A stretch of DNA of 62,686 nucleotides from Candidatus Falkowbacteria bacterium (GTDB lineage: Bacteria > Patescibacteriota > Patescibacteriia > UBA11705 > JABHMO01): the NCBI GenBank assembly GCA_016214755.1, contig JACRNX010000030.1, positions 1 through 62,686 of the forward strand, in the 5' to 3' direction. Positions 1 to 7,255 of this stretch are shown piece by piece. The stretch's first letter is position 1; every line of letters begins with the position of its first letter. The notes under the pieces were generated by a model. It saw nothing but the letters and a program-made list of their open reading frames with translations. It was not told the origin of the DNA and did not search any database. The translations under genes were made by a program, and so were the position numbers.

Positions 1-50
1 CGAGCAAAACATGTGGGTCATTGCCGCTACCGCGCCGGCTATTCAGGCGG

Positions 51-134
51 TCAAAACTATTCATTAAAGCACAAGTCAAAACTATCAAGGTATGACATTT
101 CTATTTCCCTCAAACTATGACATTTCTATTTCCC
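51..134 (+). repeat. Iteron/operator-like direct repeats: TATGACATTTCTATTTCCC x2 (91-109, 116-134) and TCAAA(A)CTAT x3 (51-60, 76-85, 110-118)
   Basis: Read directly. Two perfect 19-bp copies lie 25 bp apart, each preceded by a TCAAA(A)CTAT word, immediately upstream of the promoter of the first operon. Confidence 0.75.
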
Positions 135-155
135 GTTGACACTGTCCCTACATTG

Positions 156-184
156 TTGACAACGAGCCAGCTATTTAGTAAGAT
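156..184 (+). promoter_or_regulatory. sigma70-like promoter TTGACA-17 nt-TAAGAT for the 226..3164 operon
   Basis: -35 TTGACA at 156-161, a 17-nt spacer, -10 TAAGAT at 179-184. Two further TTGACA words lie at 136-141 and 201-206. AGGAGG sits 8 nt before the ATG at 226. Confidence 0.5.
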
Positions 185-225
185 GAGGTGAAATCGAACA
201 TTGACAACTTAAAGGAGGAAGAAAG

Positions 226-1827
226 ATGCAGCAGCAATTAGTCCTGTTTTTGCGGCCAGCGGAAATGCTGGTCTTCAACACTCTGTTTGACAATGCCAGC
301 CAATTATCAAAAACCATGCCAGGAAAGTTTATCGTCTTGACGCCAAAGGCAGTTGAAAAGCTGTTCCACGAAATCGCGGACGCGGAAAAAGATATTAAGC
401 CGGAAAGTTTTTTTCACAATGTGGTTGAAGCGTTAGTCAGATGCGGATTACTGTTAAAAGCCGACGATAAAACTAAGGATGCGCCGGCCGGCGTTTTCCA
501 GCTATTAGTTGAGAAATCGCAAATCAATGGTCCGGATTATATTGTGGAAAAAGGCGTTTTCCGCCTTGTCATTTCGTTTAAGAGGGTGTTTCGCATTTTT
601 CACGCGGGCGCAGAAGATAAAGCCAGCGCTGTTCCGCCGGTTGAGAAACCAGCGGTAGACGTAGGGACAGAATTAAATTCTGTCCGGAGCCTATCCGCGC
701 CGGCGATGCAAGACATTGTCGCGCGGCTGGAAAAGCTGGAACGTTTTGTCGAAGAGCAACAAAAAGAAATTGAAGATATGGGGCAAACAGTAAAACAATG
801 CGTTGACGCGATTCGGTTCCAAAACGTAGGAACCCCGCCAATGGCGGGGTCTGCGTCCGAGACCGTAGGGACAGGTCGCGACCTGTCCATGTCCAAAATC
901 GCAGGGACAGAATATCATTCTGTCCCCGCGTTAGACAAAATAACCAAGATGCCGGAATTTAATAAAGTTCTTTCTCATATTGAACAGATATTAGTGTTAT
1001 TTGTCCTTTCGCCATTCGCGAAAGAATGGGCGACGTCAGGGGAGTTTGTTCGATTTGCTGAAAAATATATAAGTCACAGATTTAGATTGCTTCTTATCGG
1101 AACGGTTTCTATATATATCAAAAAACACCAAGAACTTTTTGAATGGAAACTTCTCTCTGATTCGGAGAGAAAACGTCGAGGAGTGAGAAGCAACGCTAAA
1201 CTTTTGTTCCGTTTATTGCCAGCGGGCGAAGCGCGCGCTTTGAGAGTGCTTGAATTATTCGGCGTCAAGCGAGACGAGCGAGATGAACAAATTTGTCATG
1301 CTGGACTTTCCGCCGAAGGCGGATCCGCCTCAGGCGGAGATCCAGCATCTACATCTAATAGATTCCGGGTCCCGCCGTCGCCAAGGCTTTTGCGGGCAGG
1401 CAAGCCCGGAATGACGGATAAGCAAGACAAGATTGTAGGAACAGGTTGTGATCTGTTCCTCGCCTCTGCGCCAGATGAAAGAATCAAACGAATAATCCAA
1501 AGTCCGTATTTTCAAGTATTGCCATTTATGCAAAGATTGCTGATTTACATTGGACTTTCTCCGTTTTACGATAACTGGTTTGTGCAATATGAACTTCAAA
1601 ATTTTATCGCCAGATGCGATGGCGTTTGCCCGTCTCCAAAGGAGCGCCATCTAATCAACTCATTATTGGTGAATGATATAAAAAAATCTGGTAGCCTTTT
1701 TTTGAGAAAGGAAATTCCCGATGATGAAAGAATAAGATGGAAACATTCCTCAAGATTACGCTTCCAGTACAAGTTAAGCCCGGCCGGAGAGAAACGAGTA
1801 AAAGAATTGTTAACAAAATTTGAATGA
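226..1827 (+). CDS. Hypothetical protein with repeated winged-helix-like modules separated by palindrome-encoded linkers
   Basis: 533-aa ORF with a strong AGGAGG RBS. Two clearly homologous modules (..LSPFAKEW..LLPAGEARALRVL.. and ..LSPFYDNW..LSPAGEKRVKELL..) plus an N-terminal module. The linkers are built from REP-like hairpins. No family recognised with confidence. Confidence 0.55.
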   Translation: MQQQLVLFLRPAEMLVFNTLFDNASQLSKTMPGKFIVLTPKAVEKLFHEIADAEKDIKPESFFHNVVEALVRCGLLLKADDKTKDAPAGVFQLLVEKSQINGPDYIVEKGVFRLVISFKRVFRIFHAGAEDKASAVPPVEKPAVDVGTELNSVRSLSAPAMQDIVARLEKLERFVEEQQKEIEDMGQTVKQCVDAIRFQNVGTPPMAGSASETVGTGRDLSMSKIAGTEYHSVPALDKITKMPEFNKVLSHIEQILVLFVLSPFAKEWATSGEFVRFAEKYISHRFRLLLIGTVSIYIKKHQELFEWKLLSDSERKRRGVRSNAKLLFRLLPAGEARALRVLELFGVKRDERDEQICHAGLSAEGGSASGGDPASTSNRFRVPPSPRLLRAGKPGMTDKQDKIVGTGCDLFLASAPDERIKRIIQSPYFQVLPFMQRLLIYIGLSPFYDNWFVQYELQNFIARCDGVCPSPKERHLINSLLVNDIKKSGSLFLRKEIPDDERIRWKHSSRLRFQYKLSPAGEKRVKELLTKFE

Positions 1828-2729
1828 AAACATTAACGCCGACAAATGCCAGAAAGGAGGCAAAAATGGGCGTGAAAACCAGGTTGGACGGAATCAGGCG
1901 GGCGATTAAAGCAGGTGAAAAAGAACTTGAAAAGCTGGTCCGTAAAGAAAAGAGATCAAGGGAAATTTGGACTAAGGCGTACATGGTTTTTATTAAGGCG
2001 GGCGAAATACTCGCTCAATTGAAAGTTCGCGGGACCAAGAAAGAAGAGGCGTTGCGCAAGGTCGTTCTCAGTTGGAGAACACGGACTGTTGAACTGACGC
2101 AGGAAAGAGACGAACTGCGCGCGCGAATTAGAGAAGCGGAAGAAAAACTTCAGAAGCAGAGAATCGCGCTCGCCCAGTTCGTCGAACAGACCGTGGGTCT
2201 GACGCGCGCGACAGATGAAATCGTGAATCAGGTGTTTGTTTACAACGACGCCGTTGTCCAGTCGGGACAGAAAAGAGAGGGCTATCTCACTGCCCACGTG
2301 TTCAGCCGTTTGGTTGATGACCAAGGCAATCTTCGTTCGCAAATCACTTTCGACAGCTCGGACGGTTTGCGCCGGGTGGTGGCGATGGTCAACACTATGA
2401 CCATTGTCCGTTCTGATCTCGCGGACGAGGCGATGAAACAAATCCAGCAGTTCTTCGGACGTTTTCAGCAAACCACGCCGATGGACGCGACCATGCAGGC
2501 GCTGTATGATTTGACGAAGAAGTTGCTCGTTGAAAAAATATCGCATAAAGTCGGACCCGACCTCTATCGTTTTCTGGCGGTTGATTTTGACCCAGCGACT
2601 TTGCCGGAGCTGGCGCTTGCCCAGCGATTGCTCCGCGAAAGCATTCGTTCGGAAAAAACGACCTCTTATATTCGGCTTTACGAGCGGCTGAACAGGACGT
2701 CGAAGTGGATGCCGGTGAGGCAGATTTGA
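1824..2729 (+). CDS. Hypothetical protein, N-terminal coiled coil
   Basis: 301-aa ORF with an ATGA overlap onto the upstream stop. An alternative start at 1866 (MGVKT..) has an AAGGAGG RBS. The N-terminus is heptad-rich and K/E/R-rich; the C-terminus ends in ..SYIRLYER... No confident family call. Confidence 0.6.
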   Translation: MKTLTPTNARKEAKMGVKTRLDGIRRAIKAGEKELEKLVRKEKRSREIWTKAYMVFIKAGEILAQLKVRGTKKEEALRKVVLSWRTRTVELTQERDELRARIREAEEKLQKQRIALAQFVEQTVGLTRATDEIVNQVFVYNDAVVQSGQKREGYLTAHVFSRLVDDQGNLRSQITFDSSDGLRRVVAMVNTMTIVRSDLADEAMKQIQQFFGRFQQTTPMDATMQALYDLTKKLLVEKISHKVGPDLYRFLAVDFDPATLPELALAQRLLRESIRSEKTTSYIRLYERLNRTSKWMPVRQI

Positions 2730-2747
2730 AAAAGGAGGCGAGAACAG

Positions 2748-3164
2748 ATGGACGAATGCGAAGTATGCCGGGCGACTATCTCAAAATGGGCGCGCGGAAA
2801 CGCATCAATCGCGGATTTACTGGAAGATAAAGTTACCGAGCATTTAAAAATATGTACTGTTTGCTTCCAGTTCCTTTTCAGTCAATTGGCAATAATAGCC
2901 GACTGCGCGATTATGCCTGCTCCGCCTGGAACTCTCTGCAATCAGTACCGACAAGTTCTGTTTGGCATCGCGCACGGACAGGAATTGTTCGGAGAAAAAG
3001 CGGGAAATCTCGCGCGGGTGCATTCGCTTTTATGCGAGCCGTGCGGGCAATATTTTTTCGAGGAATGCGAAAAAGACGAGACAATCGAAGTTCCGCCATT
3101 GCCGCAGAAAGTGCTGGAAGCGCTTCTTGACGCCGGCACAGATTTGCCTGAAGAAGCATCATAG
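2748..3164 (+). CDS. Putative zinc-binding protein with two ZAS-type H-x3-C-x2-C motifs (anti-sigma-like)
   Basis: AGGAGG lies 9 nt upstream. Motifs are CEVC...HLKICTVC and C...HSLLCEPC, each with about 25-27 residues between the first Cys and the His, as in zinc anti-sigma (ZAS) domains. Confidence 0.6.
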   Translation: MDECEVCRATISKWARGNASIADLLEDKVTEHLKICTVCFQFLFSQLAIIADCAIMPAPPGTLCNQYRQVLFGIAHGQELFGEKAGNLARVHSLLCEPCGQYFFEECEKDETIEVPPLPQKVLEALLDAGTDLPEEAS

Positions 3165-3207
3165 CCGTAGGGACAGGGCATTGCCCTGTTCATTGGATTA
3201 ACAAAAA

Positions 3208-3236
3208 GACCGAGAACAATTTCTCGGTCCTTTTAA
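3208..3236 (+). terminator. Intrinsic terminator of the 226..3164 operon
   Basis: Perfect 8-bp stem GACCGAGA/TCTCGGTC with a 6-nt loop, followed by CTTTTAATT. Confidence 0.7.
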
Positions 3237-3489
3237 TTATTATACGGATTACGGATTATGTACGAATATACGGATAATACAAGATGTACAGATTATTACA
3301 GATGTACAGATGAGGACAAGCTAAACGGTATAAACAAGATGGATGAGACAGCCCGAGCCTTTGTTACTCGTTGCGCGTTACGCGTCGCGTGTCGTTTTAA
3401 TGTTTTAGTGCTTTATTGTTTTTTTGTTTTCTTGATTTTTTGATTTCTTGTCCGCGCTTCTATGCTTCAGTGTTTCTTTGCTTCAGTAA

Positions 3490-3762
3490 TCATTTACTTG
3501 CTAAATTCAATCCTCTCGCTGATTCTATCGGCTCTTTGCTTTTTACGTTCGTGGCTTTTTCCGGCGCTTCTTTCGCCGCTTCCGCCGCTTGTTTTTGAAC
3601 TGGCGGCGGCGCGTCAATTTTTACTTCTGTTTTTCCAGCGTCATCAGGGTCTTTTTTGTAATCCTCGAATTTCGGCGCGTGTTTTAAAGTGTCTTTTTCC
3701 ACTTCTTGCACGATTTTTTTCACCGGTTTTTCGCCTGCGTTTGAAGGTTTTTCGAATGGCAT
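3490..3762 (-). CDS. Possible small Lys/Glu/Pro-rich hypothetical protein
   Basis: 90-aa ORF in a low-complexity region where several frames are open. No RBS and no motif, so it is retained only as a possibility. Confidence 0.3.
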   Translation of the reverse strand: MPFEKPSNAGEKPVKKIVQEVEKDTLKHAPKFEDYKKDPDDAGKTEVKIDAPPPVQKQAAEAAKEAPEKATNVKSKEPIESARGLNLASK

Positions 3763-3828
3763 AAAATAAGTTTAATAATTAGTTGGTTTATCATGAACCT
3801 GACCCCGCCATTGGGGAGGAATGGTTCA

Positions 3829-3915
3829 TGGTGCCGCCGGTCGGGGTCGAACCGACATGGAATTGCTCCCACACGATTTTGAGTCGTGCGCGTCTACCAG
3901 TTCCGCCACGGCGGC
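3829..3915 (-). tRNA. tRNA-Leu (anticodon CAA), CCA encoded
   Basis: The reverse complement folds by hand into a cloverleaf. Acceptor stem is GCCGCCG/CGGCGGC. Anticodon stem is CACGA/TCGTG with loop CTCAAAA. It has a long variable arm, a T arm GTCGG-TTCGACC-CCGAC, and a 3' ACCA. Confidence 0.92.
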
Positions 3916-3952
3916 AAAATGATTTAATTTATTATAGCCAAGAACAACAAAA

Positions 3953-3981
3953 TTGTCAAAATAAAATAATTGCTGTATAAT
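3953..3981 (+). promoter_or_regulatory. Promoter TTGTCA-17 nt-TATAAT directly in front of parA
   Basis: -35 at 3953-3958 and -10 at 3976-3981. The parA ATG at 3991 is only 9 nt past the -10, implying a leaderless or near-leaderless mRNA. Confidence 0.5.
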
Positions 3982-3990
3982 GTTTTCGAT

Positions 3991-4752
3991 ATGGCGAAAA
4001 TCATCGCGGTGGTTAATCAAAAAGGGGGGGTCGGCAAGACGACAACAGCCGTGAACCTCGGCGCTTATCTGGCGGAATTCGGCAAATACGTTTTGCTGAT
4101 TGATTTGGACCCGCAGGCGAACGCCACTTCGGGGCTCGGCGTTGATTATCAGAATTTGGAAAAAGGCATTTACGAAGCGCTTTCGGGAAATTTTTTAGTC
4201 CGAGAAATTATTCAACCAACCAGTCATATCGGTTACCGGATCGCGCCCGCCACGCCGGCTTTGGCTGGCGCCAATGTCGAGCTGGTCAATATTGACAAGC
4301 GCGAGTTCCGGCTGGCGGAAGCCCTGCTCGAAGTCCGGAGCGATTATGACGTGATTATCATTGATTGTCCGCCGTCGCTCGGTCTGTTAACGTTAAACGG
4401 GCTGGTGGCGGCTGACCACGTGCTCATTCCGATTCAAGCGGAATATTACGCCCTCGAGGGTTTGGGCCAGTTAATGAGCACGATCGCGCTCGTCCAAGAA
4501 AATTTAAAACCAGAATTGTCCATTCTCGGCGCGGTCATCACCATGTTTGATAAAAGAGTGCGGCTGTCTGACCAGGTTTTTCAGGAACTTTATAAATTCT
4601 TTCCTGATAAAATATTCCGGACCGTGGTGCCGCGCAACGTGCGGCTGACCGAAGCGCCCAGCCACGGAAAATCCATCGCTCATTACGACGCTGGCTCCAA
4701 AGGCGCGCGGGCGTATGAAAAATTGGCGCGGGAGGTTTTGGAAATAATTTAA
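3991..4752 (+). CDS. parA: Chromosome partitioning ATPase ParA/Soj
   Basis: MAKIIAVVNQKGGVGKTTT deviant Walker A, and DCPPSLG. The start was moved from 3970 to 3991 because of the promoter position. Confidence 0.93.
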   Translation: MAKIIAVVNQKGGVGKTTTAVNLGAYLAEFGKYVLLIDLDPQANATSGLGVDYQNLEKGIYEALSGNFLVREIIQPTSHIGYRIAPATPALAGANVELVNIDKREFRLAEALLEVRSDYDVIIIDCPPSLGLLTLNGLVAADHVLIPIQAEYYALEGLGQLMSTIALVQENLKPELSILGAVITMFDKRVRLSDQVFQELYKFFPDKIFRTVVPRNVRLTEAPSHGKSIAHYDAGSKGARAYEKLAREVLEII

Positions 4753-4854
4753 ATAAAAAATGAAAAATAATAGATAAAAAACACAAATTAAAAATAAAAA
4801 ATTCCAAATTTATTATTTATTATCTTTCATCTTTAATTTACATATTTTAATATT

Positions 4855-5736
4855 ATGGCAAAGATAATTGGTTTGGGCCGGGGGCTTAGCTCCTTAATCC
4901 CAAAAAAAATTTCATCAAGCATTTTTTCCGAGGGACATCGAGATATTTTAGTGAGCCAAGACGCGAACAGGATTTTGCAAATCCCCGTTGAAGACATCGG
5001 CGTCAATCCGCTTCAGCCGCGCAAGGTTTTTGACCATGAAATGATGGAAGAATTGACCGAGTCAATTAAAGAGCACGGCATTATTCAGCCGCTGATTGTT
5101 ACTGTTCTGCCGGGCGGCGCGTACGAACTTATCGCCGGCGAGCGCCGTTTGCGCGCGGCGAAAATTTTGGAACTGGCCAGCGTGCCGGCGATTATCCGCG
5201 CGGCAGGGGAGCAGGAAAAATTGGAATTGGCTTTGATTGAAAATGTCCAGCGCGCGAATTTGAATCCAATGGAAAAAGCGGCGGCTTACGCGCGCCTGGC
5301 GGATGAATTTAATTTGACGCAGGAAGCGGTGGCGAAAAAAATGGGAATCAGCCGCTCCGCGGTGGCCAACACATTGCGTCTTTTGGATTTGCCGGAAAAA
5401 GTCCAGCAAGCTATCGTCAGCGGTGAGATTACCGAAGGCCATGCGAAAATAATTTGCGGTTTGTCGGATGAAAAAGAGCAACTCGCGCTTTTGGAGAAAA
5501 TTTTGCGGAATGATTTCACTGTCCGCGAAGTGGAGCAGGATGTCCGGAGCTCGTCTAAAAAAATAATAACAAGGAGGAGGTTGAAAAATCCTTTGCTTGA
5601 AGAAAAAGAAGACCAATTGCGCCGCGCATTGGATACCAAAGTGAACATTAACCAGAAAGGCGAACGCGGGCAAATCATCATTGAATTTTATTCTGACGAA
5701 GAGTTGGATTCAATCATCAACAGAATCGTTAAATAA
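4855..5736 (+). CDS. parB: Chromosome partitioning protein ParB/Spo0J
   Basis: IQPLIV..IAGERRLRAAK ParB box, an HTH (LTQEAVAKKMGISRSAVANTLRLL), and position directly after parA. Confidence 0.93.
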   Translation: MAKIIGLGRGLSSLIPKKISSSIFSEGHRDILVSQDANRILQIPVEDIGVNPLQPRKVFDHEMMEELTESIKEHGIIQPLIVTVLPGGAYELIAGERRLRAAKILELASVPAIIRAAGEQEKLELALIENVQRANLNPMEKAAAYARLADEFNLTQEAVAKKMGISRSAVANTLRLLDLPEKVQQAIVSGEITEGHAKIICGLSDEKEQLALLEKILRNDFTVREVEQDVRSSSKKIITRRRLKNPLLEEKEDQLRRALDTKVNINQKGERGQIIIEFYSDEELDSIINRIVK

Positions 5737-5741
5737 TCAGT

Positions 5742-6293
5742 ATGCGAAAAATTTTCATTTTAATTTTGTTAATCATTGTCAGCGTTTCATTTTCCGGTTG
5801 TGTGGGTAAAAAAGGCGAAGCGGGGTTATTTTTGTCGGAAAAAGAGGTCAAAGCGAAAGTCAAGGATTGGCGCGTTTACACTAATCCGGCTTTTCGTTAT
5901 GAACTGCGGCATCCGCTCGCTTGGCGAATGGAGACGAGCGGCGAAGACGGCAAATTAACCGAGTTTTTTATTTCCAAACAATCAGCGTCAAAGGCGTTCG
6001 TGATTCGCGGCGTTTCCAATTGGAAAGAAAATTTAACCCTTGAGCAATATTTCGCCGGCCAGCCCGAGGACTTGTTCAAAGCCGGTTATGAACAAGAAGA
6101 GACAACCGTGTCCGGCGAAAAAGCGGTTTGGTTCAAGGCCGTCAAGCGCGCTGATTTGCCGATCAATGTCATCGCCGTCGCCAGCGAAGACAGGATTTTA
6201 ATCATTGAAATTTGGACGGATTGGGAGGATAGTTTGGCGGTGCTGAACAGCATAAAGTTTTATCCGAACAAGACGTTTGATGGAATTAAATAA
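5742..6293 (+). CDS. Hypothetical lipoprotein
   Basis: Signal peptide with lipobox (..VSFSGC). The mature domain (YTNPAFRYELRHPLAWRME..) resembles the C-terminal domain of the 40909..42069 protein (YGYKILYPIAWVVQP..). Confidence 0.7.
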   Translation: MRKIFILILLIIVSVSFSGCVGKKGEAGLFLSEKEVKAKVKDWRVYTNPAFRYELRHPLAWRMETSGEDGKLTEFFISKQSASKAFVIRGVSNWKENLTLEQYFAGQPEDLFKAGYEQEETTVSGEKAVWFKAVKRADLPINVIAVASEDRILIIEIWTDWEDSLAVLNSIKFYPNKTFDGIK

Positions 6294-6334
6294 ATAAGAA
6301 AATAAGAAATTAAGAAAATAAGAAAACAAATGTT

Positions 6335-6484
6335 GCTACAAATTACCCTTCGACGGGTTCGACAAGCTCACCGCAGGCAAGCTCAGGGCAAGCTCATCAC
6401 TACGAATGTTACAAATGAAAATTTAATTTTTCCGTCTCAAAAATCCGTACATCCGTACATCCGTACATAATCCGTAATCCGTAT
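6335..6484 (+). repeat. About 150-bp composite repeat; an inverted copy lies at 51235..51376
   Basis: Hand alignment of this segment with the reverse complement of 51235..51376 is near-identical across GCTACAAATTACCCTTCGACGGGTTCGACAAGCTCACCGCAGGCAAGCTCAGGGCAAGCTCA.. and the following ..AATCCGTAATCCGTAT words. Confidence 0.8.
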
Positions 6485-6487
6485 TTT

Positions 6488-6517
6488 AAAAGCCGGGAAA
6501 TGTTCCCAGCTTTTTTA
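6488..6517. terminator. Candidate bidirectional terminator between convergent genes
   Basis: Hairpin AGCCGGGA-aatg-TTCCCAGCT is flanked by a T-run on the plus strand (TTTTTTATT) and an A-run upstream. It lies between 5742..6293 (+) and 6578..7255 (-). Confidence 0.55.
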
Positions 6518-6577
6518 TTATGTCCGCCTAAAAAGCGTTACGCGTTACTCGTTGCGCGTTCCTAAGCATTGGTTTAT

Positions 6578-7255
6578 TTACGGATGTTCATTAATTCTTG
6601 TTTGGCGATAGATTCGCCGCGTGATGGACACCCAATTGTTACTATAGTCAGTTTTGATTTCCAAAACACCGTCATAATTGGCGCTGTATTCAGAACCGCT
6701 CTTTTCAGCTAACGCGAACGGCTCTTCGCCTGTTGCTCGGACGCGGAAGAAGATTGGTTTATCAATAAACCATCTCCAGCGCCAGCCCTTTTTTAGTTTA
6801 AAAACAGTGTATTCTATTCCTGGATTAATCCAGTTTTTGAAATCAGCGTCTTCTATAAATATATTGTCGTGGCCAACAGGATTTACAGTTACCGTGGTTG
6901 ATGGTTTCGCCGCGTCCGCGCGAATCAAATCGTCTAGTTGGCGATATAGCCAGATCGCGACGCCGATTAAGCCGCCGATTAGTAGAAGGGCGACGAGAAT
7001 GCCACTAATGGCGGTCGCCAGGGTCGCCTTACTCGTTGGAGTCGCGCTCGGTGTTGGCGCGGCCGGCGCGCTTGGAGTCGCCGGCGCGGCCGTTGTTTTT
7101 GCGGACTTTGAAAAAAGTGCTTTCGCGATGAGCCAGACGATGGCGCCGGCCGCGAGTGCAATGCCTATTTTCCAGATGTCTGAAATGTCTGTCGTTTGGT
7201 CGAGGCAGATTAGCGCGCTGGCCGCGGTGACAACAGCAAAGAAAAACTGTTTCAT
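6578..7255 (-). CDS. Hypothetical membrane protein, co-operonic with the SPFH gene
   Basis: 225 aa with N-terminal TM helices, an Ala/Pro/Thr linker, another TM helix and a beta-rich C-terminal domain. Its start overlaps the stop of the upstream SPFH gene by 4 nt. Confidence 0.65.
   Translation of the reverse strand: MKQFFFAVVTAASALICLDQTTDISDIWKIGIALAAGAIVWLIAKALFSKSAKTTAAPATPSAPAAPTPSATPTSKATLATAISGILVALLLIGGLIGVAIWLYRQLDDLIRADAAKPSTTVTVNPVGHDNIFIEDADFKNWINPGIEYTVFKLKKGWRWRWFIDKPIFFRVRATGEEPFALAEKSGSEYSANYDGVLEIKTDYSNNWVSITRRIYRQTRINEHP

Noticed and set aside
1-67. A possible 3' end of an upstream gene (..WVIAATAPAIQAVKTIH stop at 65-67).
   Set aside because: Only about 20 codons are visible and another frame is also open, so there is too little to call.
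3258-3764. Three overlapping plus-strand ORFs (3258..3443, 3416..3598, 3462..3764).
   Set aside because: They are low-complexity word-repeat DNA translated in several frames (Phe/Leu/Cys runs). They have no start context and are mutually exclusive.
5062-5673. Long antisense ORFs in the track. Examples: 5062..5673, 1956..2546, 6678..7271, 12231..12722, 15492..15914, 43620..44174, 44682..45335, 45384..45935, 47201..47620, 58071..58583 and 58709..59065.
   Set aside because: Each lies entirely inside, and opposite to, a gene with clear family motifs (parB, RSH, topA, ftsA, ftsZ, nrdD and others). They are Arg/Ser/Phe-rich shadow frames without RBS or motifs.
6294-6577. Gene-boundary hairpins as integron attC sites or a gene-cassette array.
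   Set aside because: There is no integron integrase, the flanked genes are core housekeeping genes in conserved orders (parAB, ftsAZ, nrdDG), and no GTTRRRY-type core sites were recognisable at the hairpin ends.
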